A stretch of DNA of 62,538 nucleotides, the filler included, from Collodictyon triciliatum (Eukaryota): assembly GCA_043381765.1 (NCBI GenBank). It is 4 parts of 4 records of this genome, joined end to end, with 100 filler letters (N's around TTAATTAATTAA, not from the genome) between each part and the next. Parts side by side here need not be neighbours in the genome. Positions count along the whole stretch, not along the records: positions 1 to 21,485 come from JBHJMP010000527.1; 3 more parts are not named here. One strand, 5' to 3'. The notes beneath the pieces are model-generated. The model saw only the letters and a list, made by a program, of their open reading frames with translations, had not been told where the DNA came from and ran no database searches. Numbering within the stretch: the stretch's first letter is position 1; each line of letters starts with the position of its first letter. The position numbers and the translations under genes are program-made. This document shows positions 1-12,422 of this stretch, piece after piece.

Positions 1-396
1 AACATTCTGGGCAGTGACGCGAGGCCATTTGCTATGGACTATGTGGATAGCGCGCATATACTCACGCAAAGCAAGATTCAACAACCAGCCACCCATTCCT
101 GATAATGGCTGGATGGCATCATACAAATCTCTTTCCTCAACAGCTTTCTTCGCCACCTGCACGTTCTCTATTGCTCAGACCCTGTGAGAAGAGACATGTG
201 GAAAGAGGCTGAGAAGAATATTAAACCTCGCCTTGTATCTCTCATACAAACACAAGACCCAGGCTACAGGCCAAACCGCAGGATGCAATTCCTGATTACC
301 GACTACTTCTCCGCCACCCGGCCACCAAGTAGCTTCTATGCAAACGAAGGCTAGCATCTTAGAGACAGGGATTCCCTCACCACGCAAAAAAAAAAA
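1..396 (+). mobile_element. 3' end of an L1/Tx1-like non-LTR retrotransposon (ORF2 C-terminus, short 3' UTR, A-tail)
   Basis: Translates to FWAVTRGHLLWTMWIAR...IQISFLNSFLRHLHVLYCSDPVRRDMW. Near-identical to the reverse complement of ~54950-55260, which also carries the zf-RVT CxxC..ESIEH..C motif. Ends in an A-run at ~385-396. Confidence 0.75.
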
Positions 397-718
397 TTAA
401 TAGAGTAAAAATAGCAAAAAATGTTCAGTAATGTGGGTCTATTAGCTGGGCATATTAGCTTCGACTACGTGAATCATATAAATACACAAAAGTGAACGAA
501 TTTTGAAAGATGCACTTAAACAGAACTCCGCAACAAACAGCGAAATGAAGTGACCCAGGAAATGGGAAGTAGTGGCTAAGCGCGGGTTACATACATGCAT
601 TAATCACGAGAAAACAGCATTCAATCAAATAAGAATGCAAAACGGATGATTATAAACTTTGCATACCAATGAATGTTTTCTTTCAGAATTTAGGATCTTT
701 ACGTCCTGTGTTTTCCGA

Positions 719-2801
719 TTACGCCTTCGTTTTCAATAGCCAATTGGTCGCATCGATTCGTCTTTGGGTAAATTCGGCCTTGAATCGAATCTAGGTCGGG
801 GCTCCTTTTAAGTTGCAGCTCCTTCGAGTTGTAAGTATCCTCTATCTTCATGTATGCATTTTGTAAGTCACGAAATCGGATTTCGTTTCAATCTTCCCTG
901 CATTCCAATCCGACATTCGCCACTTGATTCGAGCAAGGCACAAAAACTGCATCGGACTTATTTAAAAAACCTTTCTGAAATTGAATATGAAGGAAAAGAA
1001 ATCAGTTATTTGCATCGACCTTAATGGAAGCCAAGAATGTATAACTTATATCAAAAAGGATTCCTAACAGCAGTCGTCTTAAATATTTTTTTACAGAATA
1101 CTTAATAAGAGCACACATACATATATTAAAAATAGCAAGATATTAATTAAACTAGACCATTGCTTTGTCTGTAGGGTTCATAATCCACCAGAATGAGACA
1201 GAAAAGATAAGATATATGTAGCCTGCATCACTTAAGCCAGCACCAAATATCACCCTTTTCTTTTAAGAAATACTAAACATTTATGTAAATGAATCGTATA
1301 TTTGTTTATCGACGTGTTCAATAACAAGCATTTGAAAAGAAAGAAGGTAGTAAAGAGGGAGGAACCTAACAATATACTAAAATAGACTTTGGATTCCGAC
1401 ATAGATAAGTATCCGCAGCGTTCTCAAAAGCAACTACAATACGAAGTAAAAGGTATCAAAGTGCTTTGATTGACTGCTTTATGAATTGTGATTGCGTCCC
1501 TTTCGACCAGATATCTGAATGGATAATGCCAATCAGCAGGGCATTTGATGCGCACCGATTCGCTTTTCACTTCGACTAATCTAAGGTGATATTCAGGTGC
1601 TTTCCTTTTTTATAATCAGAGTTTGAATAAGTGACGATTCATAAAATCTTCCATTCGCTCATATTTCACTAGGTGCAGTTGTAATATTCCCCTTCTGTTG
1701 AAATGGATACAAACAAAAAAATTTGATATTTTGAATAAAAAAAAATTCCTTTATTCGATTCAAAGTGCAGCGAGGTTATGCCATACAAAGGGGCGGGATG
1801 GGAGCGCATGGGAGAAAGCAAACGCGAGTAAGAGAAGACACTACCGTGGAGAGGGTAGCACTGGAAAGAAGTCAGTGATAGCGAGTTGGTCAGGTGGGCG
1901 TCCCAACTGGTTGATTGGCTGCGTGGGTAGCAGGGGTTGGATATGCTGTGGGAGATATCGCACGACACATTCCCAACATCTCTCTTCGCTTGCGGTCAGA
2001 GTAGCGAAGAATACAGGCGTGTTTCAGCAGGCTGTTCAGGAAGCTGTATTGCACGAGGCTCTCAAGCCTGGCTACATTGATTTCTCGTTCGGGTGAATCA
2101 ATAGGGCGAGAGAATGCACGCACAATCCACAAGGAACACAGCATATGTCCCCTTGTGACTGTCCAGAGTATTCTAGAGTCATGAGTCATTTGGTATTGTG
2201 CGCCAAACAGGATGTCGAATAGTGCTGCGTTTCCTGTATCTTCGAAATGCCTGTTGCTGAAGTTTGCAAAACGTATTTGAATACAGAGCAGACGCGACAT
2301 ACGGACGGAGAAAATATGTGTTTGGATTTGAATATTTTAATGCCAGATAGAGGTGTCGCTGTGCATATCCATGTGATGACAGCACGTTGGAGGAAACAGA
2401 GTCGAGTGCAAACAGGATATGAATTTATGAGGGGTTTGTAATGCACTGGTGTTTCATTATTGCCAGGAAGAGGCATTCGACCAGATTGTTTATTTAATAA
2501 AAATTTTATATTAGCATATAGTATTTTAAATTCGGTTATGTAGATAACATTGCACAATTATAGCAAGAAACAGCATCCATTTATATTCTCCACAATCGCT
2601 TAACAGCAACCTATTGCGGAAAATTCAAAAATCGATTGCTGAATCCCCCAGCGATCTGCGCTCGGATTTGTAAATGACCGATGCCACCAACGCAATCGCC
2701 TGGCTTTCTGCAAGGCGCTCTCACGAAGACGAGCCAGTTCTCCCTATCATTCTTCCACGGTCGAGAAAGGGTCTTTTGTCACGAAGCTCCTCACAGTGCA
2801 T
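719..2801 (-). pseudogene. Decayed multi-exon gene of unknown function, with a LINE remnant in its first intron
   Basis: Exon 1 reads MHCEELRDKRPFLDRGRMI/GELARLRESALQKARRLRWW...EFSAI with a 1-nt frameshift near 2743. The exon at ~1695-1378 has in-frame stops (...KAL*YLLLRIVVAFENAADTYLCRNPKSIL). GT-AG-bounded exons follow: KRVIFGAGLSDAGYIYLIFSVSFWWIMNPTDKAMV / YPMQFLCLARIKWRMSDW... / IRFKAEFTQRRIDATNWLLKTKA*. Confidence 0.4.
1800..2440 (-). mobile_element. Diverged L1/Tx1-like ORF2 C-terminal remnant
   Basis: ILWTVTRGHMLCSLWIVRA...VQYSFLNSLLKHACILRYSDRKRREM is homologous to the copies at 1-396 and 54950-55490. Upstream CRVC zinc-finger remnant. Frameshifted. Confidence 0.7.
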
Positions 2802-2861
2802 TTTTCTTTAACTAATCTACTTTATGAGCTTCGCACGGTTTTCTCTGTCCTTTTCGGAAAC

Positions 2862-5800
2862 ATGCGGGTGTTGATCGTGCACGGGTTTGGGAAAGGACGG
2901 ATGCCCCAGCGCAAGGCTGAAGAGTTTGGATCGATCGTCCAGCAGTCGTTCCTGCGCTTCGTCTCGGATGAAGTCTCTTTTGATGTGAGTCACTTGTATT
3001 TGTTGAGAGCCGTTTTTCTATTTACCTTATTTCATTCTATTTACTACCTCTGCTTGAAAAAGCATTTATAATTCAGAGGGGTGAAGAACACGATGAACTC
3101 TGAAAAGAATCTCAGAAATAAATGAATCCGAGTATGTTCCTAAAAGAAAGTAAAAACCCACGCTGTTAATACCGAAAAATAATTTTCAGGTTCGTGAATG
3201 CCATGATTTGGAGGATTATATACCGGAAGATGGATATGACATGGAGACCGTAGCTTTCCCCATGGCGTTTGAGTTGCTAGACTTTGTATTCATCGATGGA
3301 AATGCAAAGATGAATCCTTGGCATCCGTCTTTCAAGCAGGTTACTTGACGAATATCGTTTAAGAACAAATTAGCGCCATCCCCCAATTTTTTTTGTCGAT
3401 ATCTTATTATAGTGACTTTGCACACCATATGGGATTATCCCGATGCTGGATTTTTTTTCTTTAAAGTGTTGATGACCAACAATTCTGTATTGTAAGCGGT
3501 GCGCTGAATAAGTATTCTAATATCGTACATATCAAACTAGCTACGAACGCTGATTCGAATCAGTCGCCATCGAGAAAAATACATATTTGCGTGTAACTTA
3601 GGGGCACTAGTTTTGACACTCTTGGTAAACATCGGTGAAGACGAGCTGAACATTGAAAACGGCCAAGGAAATGGAGACATTCAGGTCGACCTAACGAAAT
3701 ACCGCAGTGTGCGATCAAAAAATCGTAAGAACATTTTTCCATTTGTATTTGACGAGCATCTCGGAAAAGTTTCAAAAGAAATAAAAACATGGATTTCTTT
3801 TCGGGTCTAGTCCAAAAGCAGTCAAGCTATCATTTGTTTTGCATGATGAGGGTATATATCTGACCAGCATGATGAAATTTAGCACCAAACTATGAGCTCC
3901 TTGAATCAAGCACAGGGGATTTATATAGATATTCAAAAATCGAATGTGATTGGGTCGTGCCGTACAACATCGGAATGCGAAAAAGTGGGATAGCGGTTCT
4001 TCATAAAACATTTCGTGTTACAACTCTATCTCAGGAGGTTGCTTTATTTGAATCCTAAATAAATCATCATATTCGCACTCTAAATACCGAGCGTGTCCAA
4101 CAGATAAAAATGGTTGTTTATATATAAATCATTCATAAATCATTTTTTTCTCCCAAAAATTATCAGCGTAATATGAAGCTTGGAGCATCTGAAATATCGT
4201 GCCAAAAACTAAGGGCGCAGTATGGACACTGGATATTTCGTGACATATTAGAGGTACCATTTACATAAAATTATTAAGTTAAAAATATCCATACTTTTTC
4301 CTTTTTTATGGTAATAGTTATTTGTGTTATTATTTTAAGTAGTATTTATAAACACGTAAATATATTGCCTTGAATTTTTAACATAAAATCATCCATCATT
4401 TTCCTTTTTTTTTTTTAAAAAAAAATAAACAGAACGACTTCATCGTGCCCATTGAAAGATCGTGGAATATTCATAGCCCGCGTAGTCATTCAAGTATCAT
4501 ACCGCTTGCTGATAGTGCACAGGGTATTGAAATATTTGAATGCGATCAGGCAGTTGGACTCAGTTTTGGGATAACTGTGCATAATACCCCTGCTGTGTCA
4601 GTATATTGATGATAATAAATAACTTTTTGCATTTTGTATCCCATATGACATTAATACACATTCGGCTGCGGAATTCAATCAAGCATGCACCTAATTCTAT
4701 TTGGAAATAAGATGAATTGTCATTTCCACGTACTCAAAGTTAAATGGCCTCAATAGGCAGCTGCTTCTGAACTTTGTTGCACACAAGTTAACGTTGATGT
4801 CGAAGCAAGACCGCTTATCCACTCTTCGGCGTGGTCAGAGCTGCAACTCTCTTGCCAATCGAATTCGGTCAAATATACAAACATCGTCGAGGTTTGGTTG
4901 ATTAAATCCATGCATTTGTATTTTTTGACCAATAATAATTCCCTCAGTAGACACTTACGAAATTGATGCACTTGTCTTATGCATCCTATTATGTCATTTT
5001 TATTCTTCTTTTCTTATTTTATAATATATTTTGCTCTTGTCCATTCTATTTTATCTAATCTATTTACGATTGGGGTATAGCTCGATAGGTTCCCAGCAAG
5101 TATTTCAGTCGCCTTCCAAACTAAAGAATGGTGCGGAGGACAACAAAATTTTAGAAAAATCAGCCATTTCTCGACAGCAAAAGCCAACGTGCATTCGTAA
5201 GGATGTCATAGATGTGATTCCTCTTGATCTAAATATTCTGCAAAGGTCTCCTGTCGAAATAGGACGAAATTCACCGGCGAAGGTCAATCACCAGACCTCT
5301 GGGTAGGATTCCTTCCTTTCTTTTCTTTTTTTAAAAAAAGAAAAATCTATTGCCTTGCAATTCAACTTAAAAGATGACTCTATTCTTTATGGCCTCAGAG
5401 AATTAATTTTGAATATCTGAATGGTCATTTTTTTCAATAGAATTGACCAATTAACCCATCAAATGCATAACCTCACCATTTTTTTGAAACAATTTCCTCT
5501 CAGAACCAACCCTGTCCCGATAGTTCGAAAGATTCAGGGAGATGCGCATTCCAGCGCATTTTACTATCAAAAGTGAATTCATTATTCTAAATTCTAAAAC
5601 ACGAAAGTTGGTGTTTGATTAATACATCCATAAGCCTTTCTCTCATGCGCTTTAATGGCAGACTGTCTACTATGGAGTATATGGACATGATATCATGCGA
5701 AAATCTATCACCGCTTCCTGTAAAAAAATATGTGTGTATTCATATCTGATTTTAATGCGCTCACATTCTGTACGATTACACAACGACAATTCAAAGGGAA

Positions 5801-7190
5801 CTATGCAATTTAAGTTCAAGATATTTCTACAAAAAAACACTCCTTCATTCTGATCTTTTCAAAAGAAATGTAGCTTAATTTGTCTGTAATTTATAGGAAT
5901 ATTACAAGGTTAAGTCAACAAGCTTCTCTAATATCGCCCATCAAAATGATTCAGCAGACCGTCCGAAAAGCGCACCGTTCTTGCATGGTGAAATTGAAAG
6001 CGATTTCGTGAAAACGGCAACAAATCAAGATAATAAAATGATTCCTGCAGCCAGTATGCAAGATAGAAAGCAGCCAATCTCGACGAAAGTCTACTGTTCG
6101 CAAAAACAGCCCTTCACAACGAATACAATTTCAGCTGATGTGAAGGTTGTAAAAAAGCCAAATGAAACACAGATACAGGCAATGAGGTACAAATTTGCGC
6201 GTATTTAAGAGACATTTAGAACATTTGCACGTGAATATGTACACGATGATGAATTATAAGATTGTACTTTTACAAACATGCTAGACGATGGAAAAGAAGT
6301 TTGTTTGTTTGTTTGTTTGTTTGTTTGTTTGTTTGTTTGTTTGTTTGTTTGTTTGTTTGTTTGTTTTTAGAACGTCGCCTTATCATTTTCGTACAAAAGG
6401 AGGACCGATAAGAGCTATACTGTCCCGACGACGCCGAGTAATCCCGAGCGACCTACAACACCGTTCGATTGTGTGAGTTATTTATCATAATAATGATGAG
6501 GTTTCCTTTCACTAACAAGACATCCTGCCCTGGCAATTAGACTGTCTACGTAGATGAGAATGACAATAAAATAACTGTGCTTACGCCTTCAAAACCATTT
6601 TCATCATACAAAAAATACGACAAGTTGAGTCAATCTACACCAGACAGGTTTAATATGATGATAACTTACTCATACCCTATCCTCAATCTCATTTTTCTCT
6701 TACATATAAAGTCAAGATAGAATCTATGATACTTGATTACCGCTGTTTTTAATTCCCCTCTGTTTTCGTTGAGCTGATATGTTTACATGTAAGCATATAT
6801 TGTTAATTCTATGTTTTATTGCTGTTGCTTGCAGATTTAACCACCCCATCAGACACGTCGGTCCATATGTTTCACAGTCAGACAAGGAGCGATTGGAAGA
6901 AATGGTATGCAGTTAAATCTGTTTGTAAATTTCGATATCGTAGTTTTGGAGCAATTTGGTATTTTATTTGTTTGCTCACATGATTCAATTGTTAAATGTC
7001 TCAGGAAAATAGAAGGAAGTGGATTGGTCCCGATTTTATTCCACCTGCACGCTCGCTTAAGCCACCCTCACCACAAAGAGAGCCCAGAAAGTCAGGAATT
7101 GGGTCAGAGACTCACCTCGAGACCCACTCAAATACAGCAACGAACCCACGATTTGTTCGTCCTTCGACATCTCCATCACCAGTCTCATGA
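2862..7190 (+). CDS. ~15-exon gene: N-terminal class-I glutamine amidotransferase-like domain plus low-complexity C-terminus
   Basis: Exons join in frame: MRVLIVHGFG..|..LDFVFIDGNAKMNPW..|..KYIFACNLGALVL (nucleophile-elbow-like C-x-x-G)..|..IIPLADSAQGIEIFECDQAVGLSF..|..GPYVSQSDKERLEEM|ENRRKWIGPDF..SPVS*. Confidence 0.65.
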
Positions 7191-7699
7191 ACTATTTTAT
7201 ATAAGAAGTTTACATGAAAAATGCATTGGATGGCAAAAAGTTTCATCATGACACCAGTTGGCTGGTTTATGCCACATGTACATCAGATTTCGTGGCGAAG
7301 ACCCTCACTTCCCATAGGTCTCATCTTTGTCCTTCACTTTTGTGTACCCGTATTATCGAGGGTGACTAGATGACGCTTTATGACTTGAGTAATTAGAATC
7401 AGTGCGATGGAGTCTCTGAATAAACTCAAAGCCATGCTACAGAGAATGAAATGCCAACTTGTCCTCCATTTACTTGCGTATCCTGTTTCTTTTCAACCGT
7501 TAGAAAAAAACAAAGCCGAGGAAACCGCCTTCACCTCTAGGACAAAAATGAGCTGTGGACGAGACAATTGAAAACCCCCGGATTGTGTGGTTGGAGGTTT
7601 TGTGTTTTGGGGTGGAAAGAAAAAGAAAAAGAAAAAGAAAATAGAAAGGAGAGAAAAGTGTTCTCACACGCAGACTATTCTACCCAAAGTGATTCAGCT

Positions 7700-8870
7700 C
7701 CAACGCGATTTCTGGTTGTATTCGAGACTGATTGAAGAGCGGATAAAGTTGTCGGGTCGATGAAAGTATGCACATGGCAGTTGCTTCTCAAACCGATTCC
7801 GACGAGTCCTTTCAACCGTCCATCTCAGACAATGTTAACATCTTATTTCATTCCACTGGATGAGCCTTTTGAAGGGACAACGGGTCACTTTCCTTGCGTT
7901 TCTTGCTGGGCGACTCTGACAAAAAGCGATACATCGTTGTTTGTCTGGTATTATCGGAAGTGGCGCTTGACCGTCCCCTGGTTTCGGAACCATGCGTAGC
8001 CAGCAGTGGACTTTGCTTAATCGGAGTATGGATACGCGTTTGTGGTTTTAGAAACATACGCTCCTGCTTGCTCGGACTGTCATTGGTGTCTGGAGTTCCA
8101 AGCTTGGATTCGACTTGTGCTGTTTGCTCTTGCTCCTTGGTTCTCGGTGCGACGGGCTGGGGCAGGGTAAACGGACTATCTTTGATGAGCGCTGGTTCTT
8201 GTGTTGCCTTCGCTTTGGAGTATCCTTTCGGATAAGTAACGAAGACTGCCTTGAGGCCTCTTATGTTAACCATATTCACGTCAGTCTGAATGGGTAGTTT
8301 AAGGGGTGATTTCTTTCGGGGTTTGGAGATGCGCTGTTCTTGGGTCTTGCGATGTACGGGCTTGTCCGGTGTTGGCGGTGGAGGGCTCGAGTGCGAGGAT
8401 TCTGAAGAGGAACCGAGATTTCCTTCCATGTTATCGTTGCTGTCGCTGTATGCGCGTATCTGCTGTGAGTCTTGCGGGCTCAGTTGTTGCCTGGCCTGGC
8501 TTCCTTGACCCCGTTGCTGCTTGTCTGCTTGGCGGGTGTATTCTTTTGCAGAGGTTCTTGTCGTTCTTTATTAGCAACTGGCGGACTCTCTTTGAGGATG
8601 CGCTTTGGACACTTTTTGCCCATGACCGTAAACTTTGCAGAGAGCTGTTTCTTGTTGTAAACGACTTGCTCGACCCCGTGCAAAAATACTCTCCGATCAG
8701 ACAGACTTGCAGGCGGCTTCCTTGCACGGGTTTCTTCCTAGACTTGCGTGCAACTCGGGGGTTTTCCGCACCAGCGTTGGAACCAGAAGAACTGGCTGCA
8801 ACTTGCAAAGTCGAACCTACCTTCTGTTGCCGAGCGAGTGCTTTATTCCGAGCCATCCCATCCGCAGCGC
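7700..8870 (-). mobile_element. Degenerate L1/Tx1-like ORF1 (gag-like) remnant
   Basis: Intronless, GC-richer stretch. Across frameshifts it reads ..EQVVYNKK..(S)LCKVYGH..KKCPK, a broken CX2CX4HX4C zinc knuckle at ~8600-8650. A basic, Pro/Ser-rich tail follows (ORF 7848-8429). Confidence 0.45.
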
Positions 8871-8882
8871 ACATCCGTCGAT

Positions 8883-10279
8883 TCACAGAGAACCCCGCAG
8901 CTTGGCCATTGCCCGAACCAGCGCCTGCGTCCGGTCCTTGTCCGGCCCGTTTTCCCACCATCCGTCCTTCTTGAGATACGAGCCCACCACAAAGGCATCG
9001 GCGTCGTCAAAGACGTTCTTGAGATTCTCCGGCGTCACACCCGACCCTATCCATATCGGACGCCGCTCGTCTTCGCGCATCCTGCCAAACATCTCACGGA
9101 CTTCTCGAACATCGGCCGGATCTGTGGGATCACCCGTTGCCATCCCGGTCAGAATCACACCGTCCGACCCGAAAAAGAGGGCTGCTTCTGCAGTGAGACC
9201 GACTCCGACGTCTGCCGTGATGGCGTGGGCGCTGTGCTTCTTTTTTACGTCTGTGATGACGCACACGCTTTCGGCCCCGATGGTGCGTCGGTATCTGATC
9301 AACTCTGGCGCCTCTGCGTTCGGCATCAATCCTTCGTCTGCTACATGGGAAAAGACAAAGTTTTCCGCCCGGATAAACTGTGCGCCAATGGTTTGTGCAA
9401 TCGCCATCGCGTGTCGGTTCCCGGCTGCAAGCACTTGGATTCCCAGCGGGATTGTTATCTCAGACCTTGTTTTTTGTCAATTTTTATTAGATGAATCTTT
9501 AATTGTACTGGTGGTACCCATATACATATCAAAATCATGAATGAACAATATCATAATTGATTCAAATAAAAAAAATCGAATAGCAGTCAACTTCATCACA
9601 AAAATTAGCACCAAATGTTAACATGGACAGAACTAAATTACAGTAAGACACTGAGATATGATAAGACCATGAAGATTTTTTTTAAAAAAAAACATATCAA
9701 TAAGGATGAAAAGATTTGAAAAGATGCCCATCCATCCATCCATCCATCCATCCATCCATCCATCAATAAATCAATAAATCACCTTACAGCGATGCCCACA
9801 GCAGTCATCCCACTCACAATCTCAGGCCCAATCTTCTCAGACGGCAAATACGGACGGTCATGCATATTCTCTATCATGATTGCATCCACACCCCACGCCT
9901 GCAGCGACGCAGCCTCACGTCTCGCAATATCCACAATCTCAGCAACGCTCATCCGATTGTATGGTGTCCCAGGAAGCGCCTGGACATGAATCATCCCAAT
10001 CAGCGCCTTCGGGCGCAGAAGCTCTCTTGGATTACACGGGCCGGTGTTGCCTGCTTTGCCGCGGTGGCGCTGCGCAATCGCCTCGTGCAGGGATCCGTTG
10101 CCCCTTGAAAGAAGCTGTTCGAGCCCCGCCGGTGTTTCGTGTGCTGCTGCGCTGTCCTTGTGCGGCGCTTCATATCCGCCTGCCTGCTTTGTGACAGCCT
10201 GATTGAACCATATCAAGCCGATGAGCGCCATGGCAATCCACTGGAGAAGAACAAGTCCCAAGAGCGGGCCTCGTGCCAT
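8883..10279 (-). CDS. BtpA/SgcQ-family TIM-barrel protein with an N-terminal hydrophobic anchor; 2 exons (10279-9783, 9465-8883)
   Basis: Family motifs LIGMIHVQALPGTP, GVDAIMIENMHDRPY, PLGIQVLAAGN, FIRAENFVFSHVADEG, DVKKKHSAH, DGVILTGMATG, IGSGVTPEN, VGSYLKKDGWWEN. GT-AG intron 9782-9466 joins them in frame. Confidence 0.92.
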
Positions 10280-11016
10280 GCGCGCTCGTCTGAGTGATGT
10301 TGGATTGGGAAGGAAGCATTATTGTTATTGCTCCTTGTTTTTCGTTTGTGTTGTTTATAACTTCTTTTTTTTTTGAACAGTTTTGGCTGTGACTCATGAC
10401 TTTTGACTTACGCCAAGAAAGAGTACACAAGAAACAGCCAGCGACGAGAAAAAAGGAGGGGACGGAGGTCGTCAAGAAGGGGCTCTTTGAAGGCAGTGAT
10501 CTTTGTGACTTTTCTGACGCACCTTTTTTTCGCCTGCTGCTTTACGATACCTTATTAATAATTACAGATTTGAATCTACATCCATTCCTGTGTGTACATT
10601 TGCGGAATATATTTGTAATTTAATAAGTTGCAGCTTAAAATGAAGAAAATTATTGCAAAAGGCAATTTTTTTTAGGAATCAAATGATACCTATTCGCATT
10701 ATATTATCTTCATGTGTCTCTTTTCGGCGACAAGATAACGCACACACAACTCAGGTCAGCTCGAAGCGATGAGTCTATGCTACACATCCTCAATCTGTCT
10801 CTGCAACACTCGCCGCCAGTTTGTCTCAGAGAATAAGTAGGATATGAACCGTGTCTGAACAACGCAAAATCTCACTTGCCGCGTTGTCGGCAATGTTTCT
10901 CTCGTTCGACTCACTCTTTCCTCAAAACCTTTCCACACCACATAAAGCACTCGGACAGATAAGCGTTGCCTGGGTTTCGGCGTTGGGAGCCTTCTTGCAG
11001 ATCACAGTCTTTGTCT

Positions 11017-12334
11017 ATGAGCATAGAAACCGGCCTTGACCCGACTTACTGTATCACTGTGGTCTCAGCCTCACATGAAGCAGGGAACAAGAAGTTTCGG
11101 ACTCCTGCTGAGTCGTTTGTGTTCCGTTCCTTTCATCTTCATCAAGAACTCTACCTCCCTATGGACTGCTCCATCCTTTCTTTTTGACCTTTTTGGATTT
11201 TGTGTGAACCATCTGTCTATTATATATATATATATATTAGCGCAAATCAAGCTGCTGTTTATATGGAGATGGATGCTTGGTTCAACATGCAGGTACGAGG
11301 CTTTGCCAAAGTGTTTAGATTACAACAAAACCCGCTGACATATGCCTCACAGTCGTTTTTATTTATTTATTTATTTTGTATTTTCAAAGGCGGAATCGAA
11401 TTTGACCAGTTCGTCTAACACTACTGGCCCCCAATTCATTTTGTACATAATTCTGGATAAAGATACTCGAGGAACGAACCTGAATAAATTGACGTGGGCT
11501 TCATTGCTTGAAGGGAATCAAGTTAATCGAGTTTTTTTAACCATCTCATATTCTCTCCCTAGAAAAGAGTGCCTGCATTTATCTTAGCATATAAATATAT
11601 ATATATATATCATCATTATGTATTAATAAATGAAGAAACCAAAATTCATCTTTAGCAACTCGTTTACAAATGCTACCTAATTCACCGGCGGGAAATACAA
11701 GTATAATTAATATCATTTACATGACAATGCCTCGTTAACAATCTCGTTTCCTCTAATGAGCATCGATCATGAATCCATCATAGACGGCAGACTTCGTGAA
11801 CCGAACAGAAACTTTTCTCCGGATTCATATGGCGCTCAGCTATTCAAATGATGACCAGATACCATTGGTTATTCACAATCTAAATGAATGTATCTCAAAT
11901 AAAAAGGTGAAGGGAACCCAACTTATTTGCAGTTCATATTACTCTAATAGATGAAACTCCTCTTCGTTTAGTTTTTGCCCCTCCATCTGTTTTTATTTAT
12001 TTATAATTTTTGTGAGAAATCTAACCATTTCTTCGTTTAACTCTATTTATGATTACAATAAAATAAAATAAAATAAAATAAAATAAAATAAAATAAAATA
12101 AAATAAAATAAAATAAAATAAAATAAAATAAAATAAAATACAATACAATACAATACAATACAATACAATACAATACAATACAATACAATACAATACAATA
12201 CAATACAATACAATACAATACAATACAATACAATAAAATAAAATTTCAGATTGAACGAGTTCTCTTAACCTCTGAACAGTTGGAGTTTTGTTCATCCCTT
12301 ATATCCGAGGTTTGGGTTCTATTCGATTTCCTTT

Positions 12335-12422
<88 letters not shown>

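Noticed and set aside
1424-1426. In-frame TGA in a Cys-rich context (YCSCF*ERCG) as selenocysteine or a reassigned codon
   Set aside because: A better frame exists and also contains a TAG. Intact genes end cleanly in TGA (8883, 20096), TAG (40600) and TAA (54282), so the standard code with pseudogenisation is simpler.
8306-9540. Long plus-strand ORFs (222, 301 and 248 aa)
   Set aside because: Antisense shadows of the GC-rich BtpA exon and the adjacent relic, with no recognisable motifs.
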